DNA of 64,000 bases from a virus, in IMG/VR virus record IMGVR_UViG_3300035701_000001. One strand, written 5' to 3'. This document shows, one piece after another, positions 26,069-36,208 of the stretch. The notes below the pieces were generated by a model. That model did no database searches, was not told where the DNA came from, and saw only the letters and a program-made list of their open reading frames with translations. Position numbers and translations under genes: made by a program. Within the stretch, counting starts at the first letter, position 1, and every line of letters begins with the position of its first letter.

Positions 26069-29000
26069 ATGTCGAAGAAGAACGGAGAGTTCCATGTCGA
26101 ACGGGTTTTCACGGAGGGACTCTCGGATCCGTACCAGGGGATTGACTTCGAACAGCGGGATTCGATCATCCGTCAGCCGAATGGAGATGTCGTCTTTAAG
26201 ATGAGGGGAATCTGGGTACCGACGCACTGGAGTCCGGATGCAACCCGTATGCTCATCCAGAAGTACCTTCGCAAGGCCGGAGTCCCCTCCGATACGGTCC
26301 GTGTGGAGGAATCCGGGGTTCCTGTCTGGTTGCAGCGGTCTGTTCCCGCTGCAGGTGCGGAATTGGGGTTCGAGAAGAGCCTGAAGGACGTCTTTCACCG
26401 GATGGCAGGGTGTTGGACGTACTGGATCTGGAAGAGCGGCTTGTTCGATTCCGAGTCTTCGGCACGGGTCTTCTACGAGGAAATCGTGCGGATGCTCGTA
26501 TTCCAGGTCGCTGCACCGAATTCTCCCCAGTGGTTCAACACCGGGCTTCATTGGGCTTATGGGCTCATGGGTCCTGCGCAGGGGCACTACCACGTTCCCA
26601 TTCCGGGAGGTCCTGCGGTGGCTTCCACGAATGCCTACGAACACCCCCAGGTTCATGCCTGCTACATCCAGGCATGCCAGGACGAACTCGTGGGGCCGGG
26701 TGGGATCATGGATCTGTGGGTGCGGGAAGCTCGCCTGTTCAAGTACGGGTCCGGCACGGGGACGAACTTTTCTCGCCTGAGGGGGCAGGGGGAAAAGCTA
26801 TCGGGAGGCGGTGCCAGTTCAGGGCTCATGTCGTGGTTGGCCATCGGGGATCGCGCAGCGGCTGCCGTGCAGTCGGGGGGAACGACCCGTCGAGCCGCGA
26901 AGATGGTCCTCGTGGACGTGGATCATCCGGACATCCTGGATTTCATCCACTGGAAGGTCGAGGAGGAGCACAAGGTTGCCTCTCTGGTGGTGGGATCCCA
27001 TGTACTGGACGTTTCGCTCTCGGCTGTCGTCTCAGCCTGTTGGCCCGAAGGATCAGAAACTCCCTCTCTGGTTCTCTCGGAGAACAAGGCCTTGCGCCGT
27101 GCGATCCGCAAGGCGCGTGAGGCAGGGGTTCCCGAGGCTCGCATCATCCGGGAACTGGATCTCGTCCGGATGGGGAACCAGGAGTACAACGATTCGGTCT
27201 ACAACACGTCCTGGGAAGGAGTCGCCTACCAGACGGTCGGTGGACAACAGGCCAACAACAGCGTTCGTGTGACGGACAAGTTCCTTCGTGCGGTGAAGGA
27301 GGATCAGGATTGGTCTCTTCTCCGCCGGACGGACGGGAGTGTCTCTCGGACCTTGCCTGCCCGTGAAGTCTGGGCGGCCATCGTGGATGCCGCATGGTGC
27401 TGTGGAGATCCGGCGTTGCAGTACCATGATACCACGAACGCCTGGCATACCTGTCGCAATGACGGAGAGATCGTCGCGTCCAATCCCTGCAGTGAATACC
27501 TGTTCTTCGAGGAGACAGCCTGCAATCTCGCTTCGTTGAACCTGGTTTATTTTATAGATTGGACAAATCCGTCTCGTCCGTTCCTGATGGCTCGTTACCT
27601 GCAAGCCATCCTGCTCTGGACGGTGGTGCTCGATGTTTCGGTCACGATGTCCCAGCTTCCTTCCCAGGCGATAGCGGAGGGAACAGACCGGTACCGGACA
27701 CTTGGGCTCGGATATGCGAATCTCGGTGCCTTTCTCATGAGAAACGGGATTCCCTACGACAGCGAGCGGGGGCGCTGCGTGGCTGCAGCCCTCACCTCGC
27801 TGCTCACCGGGGAGGCCTACCGGACCTCCGCGATGCTTGCTGGAATTCTGGATCCTTTTCCCCGGTATCCCGAGAATCGGACCTCGATGGAGAAGGTCAT
27901 TCATCAGCACGTGGACGTCTGTGATCGGTGGATGGCGGGACTGGAATCCTATGCTCCCCTCGAACGAGGAATCTGGTCTGAAGCACATTTTCAGTGGGAG
28001 AACGCCAAGAAACTCGGAAGGTTGTTCGGATATCGCAATGCCCAGGTGACATGCCTGGCTCCCACGGGGACCATCTCCTTCGTGATGGACTGCGACACCA
28101 CGGGATGTGAGCCGGACTATTCTCTCGTGAAGTTCAAGAGTCTCGCAGGGGGAGGCTATCTCGGGCTCGTGAATCACTCCGTGCGTCTCGCGTTCGAGAC
28201 CCTCGGGTATTCGGCTGAGGTGATCTCTCGGATGATCACTGCGTTGCTCGGAACTCGGAAGATCCAGGGGGATTGGCTTTCCAGCCTGGTCGGTAAAGGG
28301 TTCACCCCCGAGATGATCGACCGGGTCGAAAGGGATCTCCCCACGAGCTACCATGTCTCTTTCGCCGTGACTCCTGAGATCGTTGGTAAAAAAGAGTGCA
28401 CCGAGTACCTTGGTATTCCGCAGAATGAGATAGGGACGGAGGATGTGACTCTTCTTGGAACCGGGCTCCTTTCTCGCCTTGGTTTTTCCTCGACGGAGAT
28501 CGAGGCGTTCAACACCGAGGTCTGTGGGTGCAAGTCCATGGAGTTCGTCTCCGAACTGTCCCCCGAACATCTGCCGGTTTTCGACTGTGCCAGTCGTTCG
28601 GGGTTGGGGACGAGGACGCTTTCCGTGATGGGACATCTTCTCATGATGGAAGTCCTTCAGCCGTTCCTCTCCGGTGGCATCAGCAAGACCGTGAATCTTC
28701 CCCGTGATGCGACGAGAGAGACGGTGGCGGAGGTCTATGCGTGGGCCTGGGAGCATGGGCTCAAGTCCATCGCGATCTACCGGGACGGGTCCAAGTTGTC
28801 CCAGCCGCTTTCCAGTGGTCTTGTGGAACGGATGCTGGATGCGGGATCCGAGGACGAGATGTCGAAGGAGAAGACGGTCGAGGAGGTCGTGCGGGTCGCG
28901 GAGAAGATCTCGGTCCGTTACCTCGCGAAGCGTCGTCGTCTGCCCTATCGTAGGCGTGGATACACCCAGAAGGTCACCATCCAGAACCAGAAGCTCTTTT

Positions 29001-29578
29001 TGCACACGGGGGAGTACGAGGACGAGAATCTGGGGGAGATCTTCATCACCACGAACAAGGAGGGTGCAACGGTCGGCGCGTTGATGAACGCGTTCTGTGT
29101 GGCCATCTCCATCGGGTTGCAGCACGGGGTTCCGTTGGAACGGTTCGTCAACCTCTTCTGTTTCTGGAAGTTCGATCCCCAGGGTCCTGTGAAGGGAGAT
29201 GATCGCATCAAGATGTGCACGAGTCTGATCGACTACGTGTTCCGGCATCTGGCAGTTCATTACCTGGGCCGGGACGATCTGGCCCACGTAAGTTCCGAGG
29301 ATGCACTCGTGGCTTCTGTCGAAGAGGAACCCGAGTGGGAAGAGGAGGAGATTCAGGAAGTCCAGGAGGCTCCTCTTTCCGTGAATGTAGGGACGGCTCC
29401 GACGCAGACCGTTTCCAAGAACAAGGCAGGGGCTTCTCCTCCGAAAAATGAAACGGATGTGACCCAGGAGATGGGATACACGGGAGAGATGTGTCCTTTG
29501 TGCGGTCACTCGACGCTCGTCCGGGAAGGCCCCTGTGTGAAGTGCCGTACCTGCGGGGCCAATCCTGGATGTTCCTGA
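26069..29578 (+). CDS. nrdJ: Class II (B12-dependent) ribonucleotide reductase with C-terminal TSCPD and Zn-ribbon
   Basis: SPQWFN, PQVHACYI, GSGTGTNFS, SGGTTRRAAKM, NPCSEY, ACNLASLN, APTGTIS, SGGISKTVN; C-terminal CPLCG..CRTCG..CS. Confidence 0.95.
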   Translation: MSKKNGEFHVERVFTEGLSDPYQGIDFEQRDSIIRQPNGDVVFKMRGIWVPTHWSPDATRMLIQKYLRKAGVPSDTVRVEESGVPVWLQRSVPAAGAELGFEKSLKDVFHRMAGCWTYWIWKSGLFDSESSARVFYEEIVRMLVFQVAAPNSPQWFNTGLHWAYGLMGPAQGHYHVPIPGGPAVASTNAYEHPQVHACYIQACQDELVGPGGIMDLWVREARLFKYGSGTGTNFSRLRGQGEKLSGGGASSGLMSWLAIGDRAAAAVQSGGTTRRAAKMVLVDVDHPDILDFIHWKVEEEHKVASLVVGSHVLDVSLSAVVSACWPEGSETPSLVLSENKALRRAIRKAREAGVPEARIIRELDLVRMGNQEYNDSVYNTSWEGVAYQTVGGQQANNSVRVTDKFLRAVKEDQDWSLLRRTDGSVSRTLPAREVWAAIVDAAWCCGDPALQYHDTTNAWHTCRNDGEIVASNPCSEYLFFEETACNLASLNLVYFIDWTNPSRPFLMARYLQAILLWTVVLDVSVTMSQLPSQAIAEGTDRYRTLGLGYANLGAFLMRNGIPYDSERGRCVAAALTSLLTGEAYRTSAMLAGILDPFPRYPENRTSMEKVIHQHVDVCDRWMAGLESYAPLERGIWSEAHFQWENAKKLGRLFGYRNAQVTCLAPTGTISFVMDCDTTGCEPDYSLVKFKSLAGGGYLGLVNHSVRLAFETLGYSAEVISRMITALLGTRKIQGDWLSSLVGKGFTPEMIDRVERDLPTSYHVSFAVTPEIVGKKECTEYLGIPQNEIGTEDVTLLGTGLLSRLGFSSTEIEAFNTEVCGCKSMEFVSELSPEHLPVFDCASRSGLGTRTLSVMGHLLMMEVLQPFLSGGISKTVNLPRDATRETVAEVYAWAWEHGLKSIAIYRDGSKLSQPLSSGLVERMLDAGSEDEMSKEKTVEEVVRVAEKISVRYLAKRRRLPYRRRGYTQKVTIQNQKLFLHTGEYEDENLGEIFITTNKEGATVGALMNAFCVAISIGLQHGVPLERFVNLFCFWKFDPQGPVKGDDRIKMCTSLIDYVFRHLAVHYLGRDDLAHVSSEDALVASVEEEPEWEEEEIQEVQEAPLSVNVGTAPTQTVSKNKAGASPPKNETDVTQEMGYTGEMCPLCGHSTLVREGPCVKCRTCGANPGCS

Positions 29579-29603
29579 AAACGAGGAGATAGGAGGGGGC
29601 GAA

Positions 29604-30131
29604 ATGTCTGTATTGAGCGAGAAGATCCGTGATTTTCTCGGAGAGATAAACCCCGAGGCACTCGTTGCGGATGGTTATGACGAGGCCATCATCGGGACTG
29701 TCCGGCGGTTCTCCGATGGGCCACTGGTGCTGTATGATTACAACCAGTGCCTTGCGATCCTTATGCGGGACCAGGGCATGTCCTGTGAGGAAGCCGAGGA
29801 ATGGATGGAGTTCAATGTACTCGGTGCCTGGGTTGGGCCGGGAACTCCCTGTTATGCGGTGGTAGGAGACCCCGAGCAAGCCATGAATTTCCCCAATGGG
29901 AAGTCCTACGAGGTTCCTGCCACGCTGGATCTCGAAGGAGACTTGGAGGAGGAACCCAAGGTGACGGTTCGGGAAGAGGAACTCTCTTCGATTCCCGATG
30001 CGACCCTGGTGTTCACGGGGCATGGCAGTCCGTGGGTCGTCTCCTTTCTTCGTTGTACAAACGAAGATCCCGTCGAGATTCACCTGGAACGGGCGGGGCG
30101 GACCCTTGTGTTTGCCCTGCGGGAGGACTAG
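29604..30131 (+). CDS. Phage-type conserved hypothetical protein
   Basis: AGGAGG RBS; ADGYDEAIIG..EEAEEWMEFNVLGAWVGPGTP, a pattern I recall from uncultured phages. Confidence 0.75.
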   Translation: MSVLSEKIRDFLGEINPEALVADGYDEAIIGTVRRFSDGPLVLYDYNQCLAILMRDQGMSCEEAEEWMEFNVLGAWVGPGTPCYAVVGDPEQAMNFPNGKSYEVPATLDLEGDLEEEPKVTVREEELSSIPDATLVFTGHGSPWVVSFLRCTNEDPVEIHLERAGRTLVFALRED

Positions 30132-31162
30132 AGGTCGAGATCGAAGGAGTGTGGCAGTTGCTGCATCTTGTGGTCCAAGAGGAGCCAGAGGACATGGGAA
30201 GGTTGCATCTGGCCTGTATCCTCTTGTAGAACGGCTTTTGTCTTTGGATCGAGGATGCGGTAGCTGGGGACTCGGTACTTCGTACCTGTGAGGGGGTCCG
30301 TCTTGTCGAGATATCCGTATCGTACCTCTGCAATTCCAGGGATCAGGAAGTCCACGTTTTGATTTCCGAGGACATCCTGGATGAGGTTGGGAACGACTTC
30401 GATGGAAGGCCAGAACAATCGCCCGATTCCACTTTTCACGAACTGGTAGGTGGGGATGGGCTTGCCTCCTTCTTGCAAGTAGTGTTCGTCCGCAGAAGAC
30501 CACTGTTCGTCGATATTCTCCATTGTATCTCTGACGCATTCCTGGAGGAGTCCCTCGGTCATCTCCTTCGTGTTTGAGTAAGGGCCCAGTTCCTGGACGT
30601 CCTGGTCGGGGGGGCTCCAGTACCCTTCTCCCGTGGTGACGGTGACGGTGACGGACCACTCAATTTTCCTCGGAAGTCCTTTGTTTTTCCTGTATTGTTT
30701 CGGATAGCATGGCTCGATGCAAAATCCATACGGTTTGAGTTCGAGCATCCCGTGAGATGGCTCGATGGCTCCTTCCTCGTTGAATTCGAGTGTCGGGGTA
30801 CCCAAGAGGGAAAGCTTTGATAGTATCGCTTCTTTTGTGTATTCCAGTGTCACGGAATCTTGCAGGGAAGGAACGACTCGGTACTTGGCTTTGTGGGTGC
30901 GTGTCCGCTGGGATCCCTCTTGGATGTCTTGGACATAGGTCGTATCGAACCGCCATTGGTTCGGGAGCTTGCCTTTCGATTGAAGCTGGATGGCTTGTTC
31001 CTTGGACCTCTTCCGTTTATATGTCGAGAATTTGTGTTCTACGGCCTGCAGCATGCGCCACCAGGTCGACCAGGCCCAGGAACGCTCGTCGGGTCTCGAA
31101 GGAGGTTCGGAGCCCTCCGAGAGGGCGGCTGCGGCGAGAGAAAGGGCAAACGCCTCGATCAT
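30128..31162 (-). CDS. Hypothetical exported protein
   Basis: N-terminus MIEAFALSLAAAALSEG; 344 aa. Confidence 0.75.
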   Translation of the reverse strand: MIEAFALSLAAAALSEGSEPPSRPDERSWAWSTWWRMLQAVEHKFSTYKRKRSKEQAIQLQSKGKLPNQWRFDTTYVQDIQEGSQRTRTHKAKYRVVPSLQDSVTLEYTKEAILSKLSLLGTPTLEFNEEGAIEPSHGMLELKPYGFCIEPCYPKQYRKNKGLPRKIEWSVTVTVTTGEGYWSPPDQDVQELGPYSNTKEMTEGLLQECVRDTMENIDEQWSSADEHYLQEGGKPIPTYQFVKSGIGRLFWPSIEVVPNLIQDVLGNQNVDFLIPGIAEVRYGYLDKTDPLTGTKYRVPSYRILDPKTKAVLQEDTGQMQPSHVLWLLLDHKMQQLPHSFDLDL

Positions 31163-31229
31163 ACAGAACGTGTCCTCTCTTTCGTCCTAACTCGTTTGTC
31201 CAGGCCCGATCCGGGAGCTAGGTTGTCTC

Positions 31230-31937
31230 ATGGCAATGACCCGCGTGCAGGCCCTGGAACGGCTTGGTCTTTCGCTCGGCGCAACCGAGACCGAGATCAA
31301 GAAAGCGTTTCATCGGGCTGCGCTGCGGACGCATCCGGATCGAGGAGGTACCGAAGCTGCGTTTCGACGGGTGAAGGACGCCTATGATTGGCTGACGTCG
31401 TCCGGGAAGGAATCAGGAAAGACCGAATCGACTCCCGAATCAGATGTCGAGGAGGAGCGGCTCGACATCGGGTCCTTTCTTTTTGTCGAGCACCTTGTCC
31501 TGGACGGAAAGGTCTACACCGGCAGGATGACGGCACAGGTCACCGTGATCCAGGAAGAAATCCTCGTCGGGGTCACCCTGAATCCTTCTCATTTTGGCAG
31601 CAGTGGTCGCATCTGCATCACGCTACGGGAATCTCCGGATCGGCCCGAGGTATCGGTCTACGAAGCAGACGTGCTGCAGCGGTCGATGGACATCCAGCAG
31701 GGTCTCAGCATGTTGTGGTTTTCCCCGTTTCCCGAGCGGTTGCGGGTTGATGGACATCCGGTCGGGTACAAGCCGGAACCCCCTCTGGCTTCCCCTCCTT
31801 GTTCGGATCGCAGGCCGAGGGGGTCTCCCCGTCGTCCTGCTCCGTATTCCCGTTTTTCTTCCTTTCGGTCTTCCCGCTGGGATCCCGATCTCTACGATCC
31901 CGATCTCCCCTGGACCTGGCCCGAGTGGGGATGGTAG
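31230..31937 (+). CDS. J-domain (DnaJ-like) protein
   Basis: ALERLGL..EIKKAFHRAALRTHPDRGG..FRRVKDAYDWL with intact HPD. Confidence 0.85.
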   Translation: MAMTRVQALERLGLSLGATETEIKKAFHRAALRTHPDRGGTEAAFRRVKDAYDWLTSSGKESGKTESTPESDVEEERLDIGSFLFVEHLVLDGKVYTGRMTAQVTVIQEEILVGVTLNPSHFGSSGRICITLRESPDRPEVSVYEADVLQRSMDIQQGLSMLWFSPFPERLRVDGHPVGYKPEPPLASPPCSDRRPRGSPRRPAPYSRFSSFRSSRWDPDLYDPDLPWTWPEWGW

Positions 31938-31959
31938 TCGTCTGTTTTCTTTCATGGAT

Positions 31960-32406
31960 TCAACTGGAAGGATTGCGACTCGACTGGCTCTGGACGGCCT
32001 TGTTGTTGAGCAGGCGGACCTCGTCGAGGATGGCGGCGAAGATGTTCTTCCGGCCGAGTACCTGGGAGCGGTGCGAGAGGTAGGAGAAGATCATCGCGTT
32101 GAACATCGTGAGGCCTTGTCCGTAGACCGCGATGACGGATTCCAGGTCTTTTCCATCGGATTGGGTTGTTTCCATCGCGGCGAACAGGGAATCCATGGCC
32201 CGTGCGATCTGGTTCTGGACCGTCCCGATCTTGTCGGAGAGGTTCGGGACTTCGATGCCCTTCTGCATCATGGGCAAATACGTTGTTTCGATCTCGTTCC
32301 AGGCAGAGATGGCCTGTTGCAGTTCCTTCACCTCTTTTTCACAGGCATGGTTCTTCCGGGACGAGGTGAGATCGGGAAGCGGGGGGATGTCGGTGGGGTT
32401 TGGCAT
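31960..32406 (-). CDS. Hypothetical helical protein
   Basis: Starts 1 nt after the dnaE stop with a GGAG RBS; strong codon bias. Confidence 0.7.
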   Translation of the reverse strand: MPNPTDIPPLPDLTSSRKNHACEKEVKELQQAISAWNEIETTYLPMMQKGIEVPNLSDKIGTVQNQIARAMDSLFAAMETTQSDGKDLESVIAVYGQGLTMFNAMIFSYLSHRSQVLGRKNIFAAILDEVRLLNNKAVQSQSSRNPSS

Positions 32407-32407
32407 G

Positions 32408-35400
32408 TCATCTCCGTTTGTGAGGTGTACTGGGGATTCGCAGAGCATCCGGTCGTCCGGTCCTGCGTTCAATTTCATCGAAGAGTTCCTGGGTGGGAAC
32501 GACCTTATAACCAAGGTCTTCACACCAGCCAAGGGGAGATTCTTGTCCTGTCTCTTGTACGGCGATTTGGACGGGACAGGTCCCCCGGTATTCCGCGAAC
32601 AGGTCGAGTAGCGAGGAAAGAAAGGATCTCTCGGTTTCTTCCCTTGTGAGATAGAGATGGAGCGTGGTGGCGATTTGGGCCCGTAGAGTTGGCAAGTCCG
32701 TCAGGTCCTGGACTTGTATCTTTCCTTGGCCCTCTGAAGCCTCTGGAACTCCGCTTACCAGCAAGGGGGCTCCTACCTGGATCTTCTTCTTGTGTCGTTC
32801 GTAGACTTCTGGGAACAGGACCACCTCGGTCATCCCGATGCGGTCGGCAATCGTGAGGAAGGTCATGAGGTCCCCGTGGCGGGTCTGGATGCGGTGGATC
32901 TTCGTGAGGATGCCGACCAGGTTGACCGGAGTTCCTCGGATGAGGGACTCGACTTCCAGTGTCGTGGCGGTCCGGAACCGGACTTCGACATCGTGATACC
33001 GGTCGAGGGGATGTCCGGTCACCCAGAATCCCAAGCGTTCGGCCTCGCGTTCAAGTTGTGCGGTCGTGGTCCATTCCAGGGGCGTTTTCTCCTCTTCTTC
33101 GTGTGGAGAATCTGGTTTCGACTCTGTAGAGATCAGTTCAGGCTGGAGTGGATTCCGGGTGATCTTCTTCTTGTCTTTCTGGGCTTCGATCCGGTGGAAG
33201 AGTTCCTTGCGGGATATTCCGAAGCTATCCAGGGCTCCTGCGTGAAGGAGTGCCAGGACGGAGGCTTTCGTGACTTTCTTGGGCTTTCGCCGGAGGAAGT
33301 CTTCGAGATCCTGGAAAGGACCTCTCTGTTGTCTTTCGGCCCACAGGTCTTTGTAGGCTGCCTCTCCGAATCCCTTGATGGCAGAGAGCCCGTAGCGGAT
33401 GGCCTTCTTGTCTTCGGGCAGGCAGATCACGGTGAACCGGTCTGTGCTTTCATTGATGTCCGGGGGAAGAACAGGGATGTCCGCCTGGATGCAATCGTAG
33501 ACGTACTGGGTCAACTGCTCGCGTTTGGCCTGCTCCCAACTCATCACAGCGGCCATCAATTCCGCTCTGTGGTATGTTTTCAACCAAGCGGTTTGATACG
33601 TTATGATGCCATAAGATGTGGAGTGGGCTTTATTAAATCCATACCCACTGAAATGATCAATCAAGTCGAAAATAGACTCTGCTATTTCTTTTCTCACTTC
33701 ATTTGAGATAGCACCTTCTACAAACCTTGACTTTTGTTTTTGCATTTCGGCTGCAATCTTTTTGCCCATGGCACGACGCAGCAGATCGGCTTCTGCCAGG
33801 GAATATCCTGCGAGGACTCGGGCGGCGTTCATCACCTGTTCCTGGTAGACGATGACGCCGTACGTCATGGAAAGGACAGGTTCGAGCATGGGATGTGGGT
33901 AGGCAATCTCGGCTCGTCCGTGTTTGCACTCCACGAACTGATCGACCATGCCGCTCTTCAAGGGTCCTGGCCGGTACAGGGCCAACAAAGCGATGACATC
34001 CTCGATGTGCTCGGGCTTGAGCCGTTTCATGAGCAGGCGGAGTCCATGACTTTCGACCTGGAAAAGACCGAGTCCGTCTCCCCTTGAGAGCAGTTCGAAG
34101 ACCTTTGGATCATCGAGGGAAATGGAGAGCAGATCGATGTCTTTTCCCGTGGTTTCCTTGACGTTGTGGATGGCTTCCTTCAGGATGTCCAGTGTCTTGA
34201 GGCCGAGGAAGTCAAACTTGACCGCTCCGAGGGTTTCGGCTGCCTTCATGTCGCAGCCCATCAGGGTACGGCCATCGGATGGATCGGTATGAACGGGGGC
34301 AACCGAAGCCAACGTTCGGCTGGAGATGACGATTCCTGCGGCATGCACACCTGGTTGTCTCGGAAGTCCTTCCACGGTCTTTGCCAGATCGATTACGGTT
34401 CGGAAGGAGGGGCTGCTCTGGTAGAGCAAGAGGGGTTCTTCCTGTTTCATCCCTTCTTCGATGGAATCCACATCCTCGAAGTAGTGGGACCACTGGTTCT
34501 GTTCCTCGAAGTGGACATTGAGGCTGCGGGCCGTGTCTCGGAGTGCCTGTTTTGCTCCCATGGTTCCAATGGTGAGGATCTGTCCGACCTTGTCGGTTCC
34601 GTACTTTTCACGGACATGTTCAATGACCTTTTCCCGGTCTGCCTGGGAGAAGTCCATGTCGATATCGGGCATGGAGATGCGGGCCGGGTTGAGGAATCGT
34701 TCGAACATGAGTCCGAATTGCAGTGGATTGACGTCGGTGATTCGCATGGTCCAGGCAACGAGAGACCCTGCAGCGCTTCCGCGTCCTGGACCGACCGAGA
34801 CCCCGTGGTCTCGTGCCCAGTTCACGAATTCGGCTACGATGAGCAAGTACGTCGGGAACTTCATTCGGACGATGGTCTGGATTTCCATCTCCAGGCGCTC
34901 GGCATATTCCTGGGGATTGCCGTATTTTATCGCCTCGGGGAATTCCTGCAGGCGTACCTCCAATCCTTTGCGGGCATACCAGGCAAAGTACGCGGCATCG
35001 AGCGGCCAGTCCTCTGGAAATTCAGGTGGCGGTTCTTTTCTTCGTTCCCCGAAATTGTTTGGAGTCGGAATCCAGCTTTTCAGCCATTCCCACTTCTGTC
35101 CGAGGGTCGGCAGGGTCTCGGGAGGGAGCGTGATGGGGAGGTAGGTCACGTTCCGTTCGAGATCGAAGAGGCATCGATCTGCAATCTCCTGGGTTCGTTC
35201 AATCAGTTCTGACTCGAAGAGGAGGGTCATTTCCGAGGGGGACTTGTAGTAGGCCTGGTCCGTTGAAAATGGATTTTCCGAGGAGTTGATTCCGAAGAGA
35301 GACTGGCTTTTCGCGATGCAATGCATGAGTTCCAAGGAAGAGGACTGCTCCCTTGTCCGATACTGGCAGGCATTTGTCGCAAGGAGAGGCAGTTCGAGGT

Positions 35401-36034
35401 GATGTGCGATTCTTCGGTTTACTTCGTTGTTTTTTGCATCTCGTTTGAGTCCGTGGTCGTGTAGATCGATCAGGAGATCTCCGGGGACGATTGCTTCCTT
35501 CCAGAGACGGATCGTATGCAGGGCTTCTTCCTCGGGAAGCATCCCGGCAGGCCCGTAGGTTCCCCCGATGAGAACGAAGAGTCCTTCGAGTCGTGAGAAG
35601 GCGAGAGCCGGGGAGAGACGGGGAGCGTAGTGGTAGGTCTTATGGGCGAGTGTGAGGAGTTCACACAGGTTTTTGTATCCGACAGCGGATTTTACCAGGA
35701 AGGCTACCTGGTATCCCTTGTTCTGATAGATAATTTCTGCAGCGGTGTCTTGGAACAGGGAGGGAAACAGGGAAGTTGGCTCGGGAATCGACTGGGTGTC
35801 GGGGAGTATCCAGATTTCTGCCCCGTAGATAGGCCTCACTTTTTTCTTGAGGTCTTTTGCTACCTTTTCACAGGCCTTTGACAGATCGACAGCCCCACAT
35901 AGGTTGGCGGAGTCGGTGAGGGCCACGTGCGTCATGTCCATCTCGGCTGCGGCCTTCACCATGTCGAGGGGCTGCATGAGTCCATCCAGGAAGGAAAAGC
36001 AGCTATGGGCGCGCAGATGGACGTAGCCCGGCAT
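32408..36034 (-). CDS. dnaE: DNA polymerase III alpha subunit (family C)
   Basis: PHP motif VHLRAHSCFSFLDG, VGPGRGSAAGSL, RISMPDIDMDF, KFDFLGLKTL, GYGFNKAHS, C-terminal OB fold; no intein. Confidence 0.97.
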   Translation of the reverse strand: MPGYVHLRAHSCFSFLDGLMQPLDMVKAAAEMDMTHVALTDSANLCGAVDLSKACEKVAKDLKKKVRPIYGAEIWILPDTQSIPEPTSLFPSLFQDTAAEIIYQNKGYQVAFLVKSAVGYKNLCELLTLAHKTYHYAPRLSPALAFSRLEGLFVLIGGTYGPAGMLPEEEALHTIRLWKEAIVPGDLLIDLHDHGLKRDAKNNEVNRRIAHHLELPLLATNACQYRTREQSSSLELMHCIAKSQSLFGINSSENPFSTDQAYYKSPSEMTLLFESELIERTQEIADRCLFDLERNVTYLPITLPPETLPTLGQKWEWLKSWIPTPNNFGERRKEPPPEFPEDWPLDAAYFAWYARKGLEVRLQEFPEAIKYGNPQEYAERLEMEIQTIVRMKFPTYLLIVAEFVNWARDHGVSVGPGRGSAAGSLVAWTMRITDVNPLQFGLMFERFLNPARISMPDIDMDFSQADREKVIEHVREKYGTDKVGQILTIGTMGAKQALRDTARSLNVHFEEQNQWSHYFEDVDSIEEGMKQEEPLLLYQSSPSFRTVIDLAKTVEGLPRQPGVHAAGIVISSRTLASVAPVHTDPSDGRTLMGCDMKAAETLGAVKFDFLGLKTLDILKEAIHNVKETTGKDIDLLSISLDDPKVFELLSRGDGLGLFQVESHGLRLLMKRLKPEHIEDVIALLALYRPGPLKSGMVDQFVECKHGRAEIAYPHPMLEPVLSMTYGVIVYQEQVMNAARVLAGYSLAEADLLRRAMGKKIAAEMQKQKSRFVEGAISNEVRKEIAESIFDLIDHFSGYGFNKAHSTSYGIITYQTAWLKTYHRAELMAAVMSWEQAKREQLTQYVYDCIQADIPVLPPDINESTDRFTVICLPEDKKAIRYGLSAIKGFGEAAYKDLWAERQQRGPFQDLEDFLRRKPKKVTKASVLALLHAGALDSFGISRKELFHRIEAQKDKKKITRNPLQPELISTESKPDSPHEEEEKTPLEWTTTAQLEREAERLGFWVTGHPLDRYHDVEVRFRTATTLEVESLIRGTPVNLVGILTKIHRIQTRHGDLMTFLTIADRIGMTEVVLFPEVYERHKKKIQVGAPLLVSGVPEASEGQGKIQVQDLTDLPTLRAQIATTLHLYLTREETERSFLSSLLDLFAEYRGTCPVQIAVQETGQESPLGWCEDLGYKVVPTQELFDEIERRTGRPDALRIPSTPHKRR

Positions 36035-36166
36035 GAGGAGGTCCTTATCGGATTCTCCTGTCTGTGTCAATCTGCATTGACATGTAGCAGTTTGTCAAAC
36101 CTGGAGATGGAGGCTGGAGATTGTAGGAAACAATCGTCCACTGTCCGTTCCGACTTCCTGTCTACG

Positions 36167-36208
36167 GCCTATCGCCTACAGCCTACAGCCTACAGCCTAC
36201 AGCCTATA
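36167..36208. repeat. Heptamer tandem repeat (GCCTACA)n
   Basis: GCCTATC, GCCTACA x4, GCCTATA directly after the stop of 36209-36928. Confidence 0.95.

Noticed and set aside
32408-36034. Intein or intron in dnaE, or in nrdJ
   Set aside because: Motifs are contiguous, lengths are normal, and no C/S..HN splice junctions or LAGLIDADG blocks are seen
36065-36098. Sixth copy of the 19-bp operator upstream of dnaE
   Set aside because: Half-site orientation and spacing differ from TTGACAC-N5-GTGTCAA; reported separately
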